This document shows, piece after piece, positions 47,096 to 56,597 of a stretch of DNA of 64,000 bases; positions within the stretch are counted from its first letter, which is position 1; every line of letters starts with the position of its first letter. The stretch is taken from positions 1,874,554 through 1,938,553 of the forward strand of contig CBDEFX010000002.1 of assembly GCA_965237635.1 (NCBI GenBank), read 5' to 3'. A program made the translations under genes and the position numbers. The notes under the pieces are model-generated. The model worked only from the letters and a program-made list of their open reading frames with translations, was not told where the DNA came from and made no database searches. The DNA comes from Dehalococcoidia bacterium. GTDB taxonomy: Bacteria > Chloroflexota > Dehalococcoidia > Lucifugimonadales > CAUZJF01.

Positions 47096-48499
47096 CTAGG
47101 GAAACGAGTTTTCGGGCGAGGGTCCCGCGTCTCGTTGGGTTTTCGCTCCTTCGATCTGCGCTTGAAGGGCTGCCTGGTCGATTCCCAACTCTACCGCCCG
47201 GTCGATGTCCGGCTGCACCTGCTCATCGTTGCCCAGTAGGGTGTTGACGACGGCCCTGTTAGCTACGGCGACCGCGTCCAGAGGATTGAACCGTATGGCC
47301 TGATCGAGATCGCCGATCGCCCTCTGAAGCAGTCCAAGATTAATCAGGGCGAGCGCCCGATTGCTGTAGGCATCTGCATAGGTCGGGTCGAGCCGAACGG
47401 CCTGGCCGAAATCGTCGATGGACTCCTGGAACCTCCCGAGCATCACGAAGGCACCGCCTCGGCTGTTGTAGCCTAACGGAAGACTAGGGTCCAGTCGTAT
47501 ACCTTCATCGTAGTCCTCGATCGCCCGCTCGGGCTGCCTGAGGTCGCTATACGCGTTTCCACGGTTGATGTAGGCCTCGGCCACCTCAGGGTCCAGGCTA
47601 ATGACCACATCGAAGTCCTCGATCGCGTTCTCATATTGCGCAAGATCGCTGTAGACGTTGCCCCGGTCGAAGAACCCCGCGATGTCTTCGGGGTTGAGCC
47701 GAATGACCTCGTCAAGGTCCTCAATCGCCGACTCTGCATCCCCTGCGATCATATGCGCAATGCTTCTGAACCTGTAGTACCGGCCATTGTCCGGGTCGAG
47801 CCGAATGGCCTCACTGAACTCTTCGACGGTCTTCTCGTGATCTCCAAGGTTGCCATATGCGTGCGCACGGTTGGCGTATAGGTTGGCCGACTGGGGGTCG
47901 AGTCCAATCGCCTGGTCCAGCTCCTCAATCGCTTTACGATACTGCCGCAGGTTGAAGTAGGCGATACCGCGACCCGAGAATAGCTCTGCACTGCCGGAGT
48001 CCAGCTTGATGGCCGCGCTGAAGTCTTCTATCGCCCGCTGGTGCTGGCCGAGGTCCCCGAAGGCTCGGCCCCGCGCTTCATAGGAAGCGGCGACCTCAGG
48101 ATTGAGCCGGATGGCGCGGTCCAGGTCTTCGATAGCTTTCTGCGGCTCGCCAAGAGTGCGGTAGAGCTCGCCACGTTTGCTATAGGCTAGGACGTGTTCA
48201 GAGTCGAGCCTGATGGCCTCGCTAAGGTCCTCGACTGCCGTCTGAGAATCGCCGATCTCGTTGTTTACGAGGCCGCGGTTGTAGTATGCCTCCGCGTTCT
48301 TTGAGTCTAGAGCGATGGCCTGGTCGTACTCTGCCAGCGCCTCCGCCCACCGCTCCTGGCCTTGGAAAGCGACGGCCGCGTTATAGTGCTCATCAGCCTC
48401 GCCTGGCCCGTCGCAGTTTAGAGCCATCAAAGCCACCGCACAGACCAGCAGCAGTATTGAGGGCGGAAGTCTCATCGAGCGGTTGCGCGGACTAATCAT
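47096..48499 (-). CDS. TPR-repeat lipoprotein
   Basis: 467 aa with the lipobox-like ALMALNC near the N-terminus. About 12 consecutive 34-aa TPR units carry the recurring AIEDxDxAIRLDP. The true start may be the internal Met at 48475. Confidence 0.8.
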   Translation of the reverse strand: MISPRNRSMRLPPSILLLVCAVALMALNCDGPGEADEHYNAAVAFQGQERWAEALAEYDQAIALDSKNAEAYYNRGLVNNEIGDSQTAVEDLSEAIRLDSEHVLAYSKRGELYRTLGEPQKAIEDLDRAIRLNPEVAASYEARGRAFGDLGQHQRAIEDFSAAIKLDSGSAELFSGRGIAYFNLRQYRKAIEELDQAIGLDPQSANLYANRAHAYGNLGDHEKTVEEFSEAIRLDPDNGRYYRFRSIAHMIAGDAESAIEDLDEVIRLNPEDIAGFFDRGNVYSDLAQYENAIEDFDVVISLDPEVAEAYINRGNAYSDLRQPERAIEDYDEGIRLDPSLPLGYNSRGGAFVMLGRFQESIDDFGQAVRLDPTYADAYSNRALALINLGLLQRAIGDLDQAIRFNPLDAVAVANRAVVNTLLGNDEQVQPDIDRAVELGIDQAALQAQIEGAKTQRDAGPSPENSFP

Positions 48500-50165
48500 G
48501 ATCGTAGGTGATCGTCGTCTCGACTCTGTGGAGCACGACCGGGTCGCGTTGCTTCGGTACCCGGCTGATCAGTTGCACCTCCAGCTCGTTCACTCCCTCT
48601 TTCAGCGGCGGGCTACCAAGGTCATACTCGACGCTGATGCCGTCCCGATGATATTCGACAGGCTCGGTCGGCCATTTGTGCCAGCTCTCCACGTGGAGCT
48701 CGGTCCAGCCGTCGAAGGAAACCCTGGCAGCGTCCCAGGGGAACGTCTGCTGGTTGACGCGCACTTGCAACTCGTCGTCTTGAGTGAAGTTGTCAAGTTT
48801 GAGCGAGAGCCCACACGCGCCGAGAGACCCGGCGGCGCCGGCAGCCTCGAGGTCGTCGTTGATTTCTAGCCGGAGCACGGGCCCTAGGCCTGAGTAGTCC
48901 TCTTTCAAGGTGATTGGCAGCTGGGCGGACGGGCTCGCGTACCGGAAGGCACAACCGTGGTCTCGGCAGGGGTAGAACGGGCCTGTCCTATCGAGCTCGT
49001 AGCGCTTGTCGAGTCGGCTCAGCGTCACGGGATCGGAGATCTCGCTGAAAGTGCGCTCGTTCCACTCGCGCGACATCGTGTAGAAGTTATAGAGGTAAGT
49101 ACCGGCCGCGCCGTGGCTCAAAAAGCGGCTGGCCAACGCCCGGATGTTCCTAGGGTCCAGATACCTCGAGGCGGTGATACAGCCGTAGACCAGGCAGTCG
49201 GTCCCCCGGGCGGCCTCTACGAACTCCCTCACCGGCGTCTCGAAGGGAATGTGACCTCCTCCGACCACTACTGTGTCTACCAAGCCATCGGCCATCCAAC
49301 GGGCGACGTCGAGGCCGATCCTCGTTGAGTCCGCGATCGTAACCGGGACCCTGACCGCGAGTTTGAGCTCACGACCCCGTTCCTCGCCGACCTCGTTCAT
49401 TCTCTCTCTGACATGCCCCACCAGACTGGTCATCAGATAGCGGCTCTGGTACGCCTCCTCGATCCGGAAAAAGGCCGGGTGGCGGAAGAAGTCCATCTCC
49501 ACACCGTCCACGTCGAATCGCTCGAAAAGCTCGCAGATTATCGCGGCCATATACTCGCGGATCTGCGGGAAGGCGTAGTTGAGCCCCGTTCTGATTCCAT
49601 ACGGCACGCCGCCCTCTGAAAGCTCCTCCCCTGGCCAGCCGATGAGTAGCTCGGGGTTCTCCCTGCGAAACCTGCCGTAGAGCGGATGTAAAGGCGGGGT
49701 TTCGTAGTGGCTGTTCATCCTGACACGAGGGAAGAACTCCATGTCCGCCTCGTGGCAGAGGTCCACCATAGCCGTCATGGGGCCTCCGCACTCGTCAATC
49801 AGGGCCCTCACGTTCCGGCCTATCTCCTTAACCACAGCCGATGTCTGCGGACGGTATCCGTATGTGCCGTCGTCCGGGCTTTCGCCCGCGTGTCCGATTA
49901 TCTCCCCTACCCGAGTCTCGTAGTGGTAGACCTCATGATCTCCGGTACTCCACCATAGAGGCGCGCCGGTGTTCGCGTAGCTTCCCACGACCTTCTCTCT
50001 CAAGTCTTGTACGGTGACGGTGGGCAGATCGGCCTGTGGCTGGCGAATGTCGGGCTCCTCCTCGCGATGCGGGCCAGGCTCCCGGCTCCTCGGGGGCAGC
50101 TCCCGGTTGAAGATCCACGCGTCATCGGTGAATATTACGGGAGCGGGCGTTTTGTTACCCGTCAT
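48492..50165 (-). CDS. Hypothetical protein, possibly a TIM-barrel glycoside-hydrolase-like fold
   Basis: 557-aa ORF with good coding character. The segment FDVDGVEMDFFRHPAFF resembles GHL10-type TIM-barrel proteins. The assignment is weak. Confidence 0.35.
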   Translation of the reverse strand: MTGNKTPAPVIFTDDAWIFNRELPPRSREPGPHREEEPDIRQPQADLPTVTVQDLREKVVGSYANTGAPLWWSTGDHEVYHYETRVGEIIGHAGESPDDGTYGYRPQTSAVVKEIGRNVRALIDECGGPMTAMVDLCHEADMEFFPRVRMNSHYETPPLHPLYGRFRRENPELLIGWPGEELSEGGVPYGIRTGLNYAFPQIREYMAAIICELFERFDVDGVEMDFFRHPAFFRIEEAYQSRYLMTSLVGHVRERMNEVGEERGRELKLAVRVPVTIADSTRIGLDVARWMADGLVDTVVVGGGHIPFETPVREFVEAARGTDCLVYGCITASRYLDPRNIRALASRFLSHGAAGTYLYNFYTMSREWNERTFSEISDPVTLSRLDKRYELDRTGPFYPCRDHGCAFRYASPSAQLPITLKEDYSGLGPVLRLEINDDLEAAGAAGSLGACGLSLKLDNFTQDDELQVRVNQQTFPWDAARVSFDGWTELHVESWHKWPTEPVEYHRDGISVEYDLGSPPLKEGVNELEVQLISRVPKQRDPVVLHRVETTITYDHD

Positions 50166-50257
50166 TTTGGACGCTCCCTTCGAATCGGCGCTGGGAGGCT
50201 AGCGTCGATGAGCGGTAGTCTAGAAGTGTCGTTCGGCCTCGTCAACTGTGCGCCACT

Positions 50258-50286
50258 GTAGAGACGCCCCGCTGGGGCGTCTCTAC
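50258..50286. repeat. Palindromic hairpin repeat family B, copy 2
   Basis: GTAGAGACGCCCCGCTGGGGCGTCTCTAC is identical to 5435-5463. It lies just downstream of the Gfo/Idh/MocA gene stop (50304, minus strand). Confidence 0.7.
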
Positions 50287-50303
50287 AGTTTGGAGGACAT
50301 GGC

Positions 50304-51425
50304 TTACCTGTGCCAGTCGTACTCGAGTCGCAGCGATCGGTCCTCGAATGGAAGATCGACCCGCGCGCCGCCTCGCTCCGAAGACAGCTTGAGCGCGATC
50401 TCCACCTCCAACGCAACTGCGACGCTCCTGCCGGAGTTCTTGGGCTCATCGAGCTTGCCGTCCAGGCAATCGAAAACATCGCTAAACCCGTGGCTGACCG
50501 ATAGCGCGTTAGTCATCTGAGGGTCCGGCCAAGGCATCTCCACTCGCTTTCCTCCGCCCGCGAGGGTGTCGATGTCCTGGAACAGCCGCCATTGCCTCTT
50601 CGGGACCTCCGGCTGGACTATCTCGCCGGAGGCGCCGGTGATGCGGATTGGCGGAGCCTTTTTCTGGAAGAACACAACCTCCCCACCGGTGGTGACCATC
50701 ATCCCCTGACCCCCGAACTCCTCGCTCCCCTCATCACCCCGCGGGGTATCCCCTATGCTCGCCACCCAGGCGGGGGCACTGTCCAGGAAGTACGACCAGT
50801 TCTGATGTTGGGACATGTGTTCCGACTGGGCCACAATTGAGTGGACTTCTCCGATGGCGCCGGTCGTGACCAGCTCCTTGGCCTTGGCGAACGACGGATT
50901 GTTCGTCGTAATTGCACCGCAGACTAGAGGCACACCCGCGTCGGCGCAAACCTTGACCATTCGATCGGCCTCTTCCAAGCTGTAGGCCATGGGTTTCTCG
51001 GTCATGATCCCCTTGGCACCGTTCTCTACAGCCAGGATCGTGAGCTCGGGGCGGTCCTTCGTATTCGACGGGATTCCGACGATCTCGGGCCTCTCTTTGC
51101 GAAGCATCTCGGAAGCGTCGGAGTAGAGCGCCGTAATCCCATACCGCTCGCCAAAGACCCTAAGTCGGTCTTTGTCGCGCTCGGCGCCAGCTATCAGGTC
51201 GACCTCGGGCCGGTCCGCCAGGGTCTCGGCGAACGTAACCGGCGGACGTTCCTCGTGAAAGTAGAACTTACGATGAACGTCGACCTTCGGCATTGGGCGG
51301 TCGACGTCATCGACGTGCCACTTACCCCGGTCGCCGTATGGGCCAGGGTCGGTCCAACGCGTGCCGATGTCGTTCAGCATACCCATCCACCCTATCCCGA
51401 TGATTGCGGCCCGATACTTCGCCAT
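50304..51425 (-). CDS. Gfo/Idh/MocA-family NAD(P)-dependent oxidoreductase
   Basis: The start was set at the internal Met (51425), giving MAKYRAAIIGIGWMG, the Rossmann motif. Length and layout are typical of the family. Confidence 0.75.
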   Translation of the reverse strand: MAKYRAAIIGIGWMGMLNDIGTRWTDPGPYGDRGKWHVDDVDRPMPKVDVHRKFYFHEERPPVTFAETLADRPEVDLIAGAERDKDRLRVFGERYGITALYSDASEMLRKERPEIVGIPSNTKDRPELTILAVENGAKGIMTEKPMAYSLEEADRMVKVCADAGVPLVCGAITTNNPSFAKAKELVTTGAIGEVHSIVAQSEHMSQHQNWSYFLDSAPAWVASIGDTPRGDEGSEEFGGQGMMVTTGGEVVFFQKKAPPIRITGASGEIVQPEVPKRQWRLFQDIDTLAGGGKRVEMPWPDPQMTNALSVSHGFSDVFDCLDGKLDEPKNSGRSVAVALEVEIALKLSSERGGARVDLPFEDRSLRLEYDWHR

Positions 51426-51481
51426 TCGTGCTCCTTTTGTTCGGTTTGCCCTAAGAGCCGCTGGATACGGCGGCAGCGTGT

Positions 51482-52567
51482 TCAACCGTGCAGTCGCTCA
51501 AACTCCCTCATGAAGGATACCAGCGCCTCGACTCCTTCGCGCGGGAATGCGTTGTAGATGGAAGCGCGGAGCCCTCCCACCGAGCGGTGGCCCCTTAGCC
51601 CATCGAGTCCTTCTTTGGATGCCTGGCTGACGAACTCCTGCCCTAGCTGTTCGGTCGGCAGCCGAAGAGTCACGTTCATCAGAGATCGACTGTCGGGCTC
51701 GGCGTACCCATGATAGAACTCCGAAGAGTCGATCGCACTATACAGGAGCTCGGCTTTTTCACGGTTGCGCCGCCCAATCTCACCCAGCCGACCCTGTTCT
51801 AAGAGCCACTTGACTACCAGACGGACCACGTAGATCGCAAAGACCGGGGGCGTGTTGTGGAGCGATTTGGTCGTGACGTAGGTGCGGTAGTCCAACATTG
51901 TGGGAAGTCCGTCCGGGATACGCTCCAGCAAGTCGTCGCGGATGATCACGAGGGTAACGCCCGCTGCGCCCAAATTCTTCTGGGCTCCCGCGTAGACCAG
52001 ACCGTAACGTGTGACGTCTATCGGCCGACTGAAAATGTCCGAAGACGCGTCCGCGACCAGGGGCACATTTCCTACTTCAGGCTCGGTCGTCCACTGGGTC
52101 CCGGAGATAGTGTTGTTTGTTGTGATGTGAACGTACGCGGCCTCTTTATCGAGCTTGATGTCTTCCGGACGAGGGATTCTCCTGAAACCCTCTGCCTCCG
52201 TGGTAGCCGCGATATTGATATTAGCGATCTTCTCGGCTTCTTTCGCCGCCAGCTTCGCAAAGTGGCCGGTCACGATGTAGTCGACCGAGCCGTGACTGGA
52301 CACTAGATTCATGGGTATCATCGAGAACTGAAGCGACGCGCCACCCTGAAGAAAGAGCACACGGTAGTTTTCCGGAACGTCAGCTAGCTCACGTAGGTCG
52401 CTCGCGGTGGCGTCTAGAACTGACTCGACAGTCTTTGAGCGGTGGCTCATCTCGAGGATCGACATCCCCATCCCCCCAAAGTCGAGCAGGTCCTTCTGGA
52501 CCTCTTCGAGGACTGGGAGGGGCAGCGCCCCCGGTCCGGGAGAAAAGTTGTATATCCTGTTGGCCAT
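51482..52567 (-). CDS. serC: Phosphoserine aminotransferase
   Basis: 361 aa. NFSPGPGALP at the N-terminus, FLQGGASLQF and GLRASIYNA match SerC. Confidence 0.9.
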   Translation of the reverse strand: MANRIYNFSPGPGALPLPVLEEVQKDLLDFGGMGMSILEMSHRSKTVESVLDATASDLRELADVPENYRVLFLQGGASLQFSMIPMNLVSSHGSVDYIVTGHFAKLAAKEAEKIANINIAATTEAEGFRRIPRPEDIKLDKEAAYVHITTNNTISGTQWTTEPEVGNVPLVADASSDIFSRPIDVTRYGLVYAGAQKNLGAAGVTLVIIRDDLLERIPDGLPTMLDYRTYVTTKSLHNTPPVFAIYVVRLVVKWLLEQGRLGEIGRRNREKAELLYSAIDSSEFYHGYAEPDSRSLMNVTLRLPTEQLGQEFVSQASKEGLDGLRGHRSVGGLRASIYNAFPREGVEALVSFMREFERLHG

Positions 52568-52707
52568 TTGGGCCGATCTAGTCTCCGATTACATGGTGCC
52601 CGAAGCTAGCCTAACTACTATAGGCTTTGGCCTCCGGAGTGTCCAGGAACTCGCCTGCTGCTTGGGGCCTCGCGGACGAGTCATCACCCCATTGAGCTGC
52701 GGTCAAC

Positions 52708-53034
52708 CTACTTATACTCTTCGCGCGGTGGAGAGAATATGTCGAGGGCGACCGCCCGGCCCTCCGAGCAGATGACGCTGTGCTCGACTCCACCCGGAAT
52801 CACGTACGCGTCCCCTTGCTTCAGATGCTTCGTCTCACCGCCTATCGTCATCTCGAACTCGCCCTCTAGCATTATCCCGGCCTGCTCGTGCGGGTGCGAG
52901 TGGTTGGGCACGACGGCGTGGGGGCCTGTCTCAAGAACGCTTATCATTATCTTTTCTCCCCACAGGGTGCGTATCGTGACGCCTGGCACGATCTCTCTGT
53001 GCTCAATCTCCGCCGGATCGTAGAAGTATGACAT
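52708..53034 (-). CDS. Cupin-domain protein
   Basis: 108 aa. The pattern PNHSHPHEQAGIMLEG...GDAYVIPGGVEH is the two-motif cupin signature. Confidence 0.75.
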   Translation of the reverse strand: MSYFYDPAEIEHREIVPGVTIRTLWGEKIMISVLETGPHAVVPNHSHPHEQAGIMLEGEFEMTIGGETKHLKQGDAYVIPGGVEHSVICSEGRAVALDIFSPPREEYK

Positions 53035-53272
53035 AGCGCTCTCCCTATCGATTAGTCTTCAACCGCATCGCAATCCGTAAGTCGCCTTATCGTGGTAACA
53101 CTGCCCTGCTTTTCGGAATTCCCGATGTCTTGATACCAAGTGATACCGATTCACGAACAGGCCCACTGCAACAATAATCGGAAACAAGCCTGACACCGTC
53201 GACCAACCGAGCCGGGGCCGACCGCGCTACAAGCCCATCAACCATAACTGATATCGCCGTGGTTTCTACTAA

Positions 53273-54993
53273 GCCCGAATCCACCGAAGGAGGGCGTCGG
53301 GTTAGCGTCCTGAGGCGGCAAGAAGGTGCTCCTGTGCTTCTGGGATAATGGTTTTGTAGCAAAAAAACGGCCCCGGAAAAGGAGCACCCAATAGATGCTG
53401 CCACGCAACCACCCCGACCGGATCCAAATCACCTTCGACGACCGCCGCTTGGTGGCCAATGCCGGGCTGCTCCTTCCGGCCACCCTGGCGCGGCACCTCG
53501 GCCTGCCCGAACTCGTCCGGCAGCGCCTCGACCTGGGCGATGCCCCGGGGCGGGCGAACACGAGCGACAAGATGATGACGCTGGTGGCGTCTGCGCTGGC
53601 TGGGGGCGACTGCATTGACGACGCCGATGTGTTGCGCACCGGGGGGACGGCCTGCACCCTGGGCGGCACGGTCAAGGCGCCATCCACCCTGGGCACCTTC
53701 CTGCGCAGCTTCCGGTGGGGCCACGTCCGTCAACTCGACCGGGTGAGCCGCGAGTTGCTGGCCCGGGCTTGGCAAGCCGGGGCGGGACCCGGCGACGGGC
53801 CCCTGACCATTGACCTGGACTCCACCATCTGCGAGACCTACGGACTGGCCAAGGAGGGCGCCCGCCACCACGGCTATACCGGCAAGCGGGGCTACCACCC
53901 GCTGCCGGCCATCGCCGCCGGCACCGGAGACGTGCTGATGTCCCGGCTGCGCGAGGGCCGGGCCAACACCGCCCGCGGCGCCGCCCACTTCTTGCGGGAG
54001 ACGGTGGGACGGGTGCGCTACGCCGGGGCCGACGGACGACTCACGCTACGGGCCGACAGCGGGTTCTACACTCATGGCGTGGTATCCGTCTGCCGCAAGA
54101 TGGATGTCCGCTTCTCCATCACCATCCGCCAGCACAAAAGCCTGCACAATCTCATCGAGGCGATACCCGAAGATGCCTGGACGCCGATTCCTTACTGGAT
54201 GGACGGTGCCGCCGATGTGGCCGAGACCACCTGCACCCCCTTCCAGGCCGAGGTGGACGCCGCGCCGGTACGGCTCATCGTCCGGCGGGTGAAGCCGACG
54301 CCCGGTTCCCAACTGGCCCTCTTCGCCAAATACAGCTATCATGACTTCATCACCGACCGGGACGGGGAGTTGCTCGAACTGGAGGCTGACCATCGCCGCC
54401 ACGCCGAGATCGAGAATGCCATACGCGACCTCAAGTACGGCGTCGGGCTGAACCATCTCCCCTCGGGCCGCTTCGCCGCCAACGGCGCCTGGCTGGCCGT
54501 CCAGACGATGGCCCACAACCTGGCCCGCTGGACGGCGCGGATCGGTCTGGGAGAGCGGATAGCCACCACCAAGACCCTCCGGCGGCGGTTCTTCTCCCTG
54601 ACCGGACGGCTCACCCGCTCGGCACGCCGGTTGACCCTGCATCTTCCGGATCGCTGGCCTTGGGCTGAGAAGTTCAGCCGTGCCTTGGCCCGGCTGCGAG
54701 CCATTCCACTCCCGGCCTGACGGCACCGTCGGCGACCGACCCACCCACCGGACAACCGAAGATCCCCGCAGACTCGTGCCAGCCCGATCCGAGAGAGTTC
54801 CCTGCTGCGTATTCTCTCGCCATCCCGCGCATCGCAGCTCCCGCAGACGGCCATAGGGGCCCCTGTGCGGCGATGAAGACCGTCCGCCGACCTCCCTACC
54901 CCAAATGGAACCCAGGCTATTTCCCCTGTAGCTCCCTCACCCCCCTTCCGCTTTCCTCACGCCGTCCATCGGTGTCCTTCGGTGGATTCGGGC
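53273..54993 (+). mobile_element. IS1380-family insertion sequence, copy B (1.72 kb), inverted relative to copy A
   Basis: It has the same 19-bp TIRs as copy A. The flanking direct repeat is (C)TAA at 53269/70-53272 and 54993/4-54996. By eye there are at least 6 single-base differences from copy A, all transitions. Confidence 0.85.
53395..54720 (+). CDS. IS1380-family DDE transposase (copy B)
   Basis: 441 aa. It differs from copy A at four residues (S2P, A-to-V in AEVDAAP, G-to-D in YHDFIT, A-to-T in SLTGRL). Confidence 0.8.
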   Translation: MLPRNHPDRIQITFDDRRLVANAGLLLPATLARHLGLPELVRQRLDLGDAPGRANTSDKMMTLVASALAGGDCIDDADVLRTGGTACTLGGTVKAPSTLGTFLRSFRWGHVRQLDRVSRELLARAWQAGAGPGDGPLTIDLDSTICETYGLAKEGARHHGYTGKRGYHPLPAIAAGTGDVLMSRLREGRANTARGAAHFLRETVGRVRYAGADGRLTLRADSGFYTHGVVSVCRKMDVRFSITIRQHKSLHNLIEAIPEDAWTPIPYWMDGAADVAETTCTPFQAEVDAAPVRLIVRRVKPTPGSQLALFAKYSYHDFITDRDGELLELEADHRRHAEIENAIRDLKYGVGLNHLPSGRFAANGAWLAVQTMAHNLARWTARIGLGERIATTKTLRRRFFSLTGRLTRSARRLTLHLPDRWPWAEKFSRALARLRAIPLPA

Positions 54994-55006
54994 TAAGGAG
55001 GCCGAC

Positions 55007-55328
55007 CATGGGTGCGCTTACCGTACCATACCTGGAACCAGAGGTCGTAGTCGAATGTGTTCTATGTTCGACGGAGGCCGACGCAATGCGACGTACCCCT
55101 TCGAATCTCTTCTGGACTAAGTGTTCCCGATACTCTGTGCCCTTGGTCGTTTTGAACCGACATTCCGGGAGCCCAACAGCAGGAGAGTGGCACGACATGG
55201 AAGTTACCGCCAAAGCCCGGTTCCCAGAGTACCGTTGGCACCGCCCCCTACACGACAACCCGCACTTTTATTTTCATGCCGCCGACACGAGAAAGTTGTG
55301 CAATATCGACCACGCGATCGCCGAATAG
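55007..55328 (+). CDS. Small hypothetical protein, possibly HIT-like with a degenerate triad
   Basis: The ATG at 55007 is preceded by AAGGAGG (54995-55001). The track ORF 54873-55328 begins inside the IS, so the internal start is preferred. CVLCS...VPLVVLNRH...HFYFHAAD loosely resembles a HIT/GalT-like fold. Confidence 0.35.
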
Positions 55329-55373
55329 ACCAGCGAAATCTTAGGAGAGGTATAGCCAGTAGGGAGACCGCCG

Positions 55374-55607
55374 ATGAGTGACGACACATGCGTACATGTT
55401 TGGGTAATAGCTACCCCTAAAGGTCCGACTTCGCCAGGTGCTTGCAGGCTCTGCGGAGCAAGAGGGGGCTTTCCCAATTCTTTACCGACCTTCGCGTGGA
55501 CCGACGACGGGATCGGTCGGCATGAGGGGGCATCCAAATCGCGATGTCGAGATGTCGTCGGACGCGGGTCCACATGCTCAGCGTGGATTAGTAGGGTGAA
55601 CAGCTAG
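55374..55607 (+). CDS. Small Cys-containing hypothetical protein (zinc-ribbon-like N-terminus)
   Basis: 77 aa. The N-terminus CVHVWVIATPKGPTSPGACRLCGARGGFPNS has a C-x-H...C-x-x-C arrangement. The rest is low complexity. Confidence 0.3.
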   Translation: MSDDTCVHVWVIATPKGPTSPGACRLCGARGGFPNSLPTFAWTDDGIGRHEGASKSRCRDVVGRGSTCSAWISRVNS

Positions 55608-55621
55608 GGCGTTGGGGCTCC

Positions 55622-56578
55622 TCACTCCCAGACGACGTTAGGTGGATGGCCGGTCTTATCGAACTCTACGATGATACGACAGGTCTCATCCGCGACCGCA
55701 TCCTGGGCCTGATCGGTAGATGCGCCGATGTGATGGGTCCCGATAACGCCATCGAGCTTGAATAGGCCGCTGTCGATCTCACCGACCCCTCCAGACGGCT
55801 CCCCGTCGAAGACATCCAACCCGGCGCGTATCTCTTTTTCTTGTACGGCCCGCCCGAGCGCCACCTCATCCACCACCTCAGCCCGTGAGGTATTGATAAA
55901 AAAGGCGCCGGGGCGCATCGCGTCGAAAAACTCTTCGTTGATCATGTTCCGCGTGCCGTCATTAAGGGCGAGATGTACGCTAACAACGTCAGATGTAGCC
56001 GCCACCGAGACAGGTGACCTCTTGAACTCGATGCCCAACTCACCGGCAATTGCGGGTGTAAGTGAGCGACTCCAACCCACCACTAGCATGCCGAAAGCAC
56101 GTGCGCGGGGTATCATCTCCTTCCCAACTGAGCCGACTCCGACGATTCCGAGAGTACGGCCGTAGAGTCCGCGCGACTTGCTAAACTCCCGCTTATTCCA
56201 CAGACCTTTCCTGAGCGCCGCAACGTTGTCCGAAATCCGCCGGTCCAAGGAGAGGACCAGCCCGAAGGCGATCTCGGCAACGGCAACTGAGTTCGTGCCC
56301 GGGCAGTTCGACACATAAACCCCACCCTTGCGGGCAGCCTCGACGTCGATGGTGTTGTATCCCGCCCCAGCCCGTACAACCAGCCGTAGTTGACCGGCCT
56401 CAAGCGTTTCAGCAGTCACTCGTGTGCTTCTGACAACCAGAACATCGGCCTGTGTCTCTGCCACAGCCTGGTTCAGGGACTCATCCTTCAAGTCGTTGTC
56501 AGCCGTAACGTCGAAGCCGGCTTGCTCGAGCCTGGCTAGACCATTCTGCGAGAACTTGTCAGCGATGAGTACGTTCAT
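55622..56578 (-). CDS. serA: D-3-phosphoglycerate dehydrogenase-like 2-hydroxyacid dehydrogenase
   Basis: The start was set at the internal Met (56578), giving MNVLIADKF. GIVGVGSVGKEM is the NAD motif and the catalytic-domain layout fits. Substrate specificity is not certain. Confidence 0.7.
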   Translation of the reverse strand: MNVLIADKFSQNGLARLEQAGFDVTADNDLKDESLNQAVAETQADVLVVRSTRVTAETLEAGQLRLVVRAGAGYNTIDVEAARKGGVYVSNCPGTNSVAVAEIAFGLVLSLDRRISDNVAALRKGLWNKREFSKSRGLYGRTLGIVGVGSVGKEMIPRARAFGMLVVGWSRSLTPAIAGELGIEFKRSPVSVAATSDVVSVHLALNDGTRNMINEEFFDAMRPGAFFINTSRAEVVDEVALGRAVQEKEIRAGLDVFDGEPSGGVGEIDSGLFKLDGVIGTHHIGASTDQAQDAVADETCRIIVEFDKTGHPPNVVWE

Positions 56579-56597
56579 TCGAAAGAGGACCTGCCAT

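Noticed and set aside
47096-48499. Regular ~102-nt periodicity that might suggest a repeat array or CRISPR.
   Set aside because: The periodicity is at the protein level (34-aa TPR units within one intact ORF). The DNA repeats are diverged and there are no spacer-like unique segments.
12712-54993. The two IS1380 copies plus the intervening 38.8 kb as a composite transposon.
   Set aside because: Each copy has its own matching target duplication and the outer flanks differ (CTTA versus CTAA). The cargo is housekeeping metabolism in apparently native operon contexts.
54873-55006. The N-terminal extension of the track ORF 54873-55328.
   Set aside because: This part lies inside the IS1380 right end and is duplicated as the reverse complement in copy A. 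The internal ATG at 55007 with an AAGGAGG upstream is the credible start.
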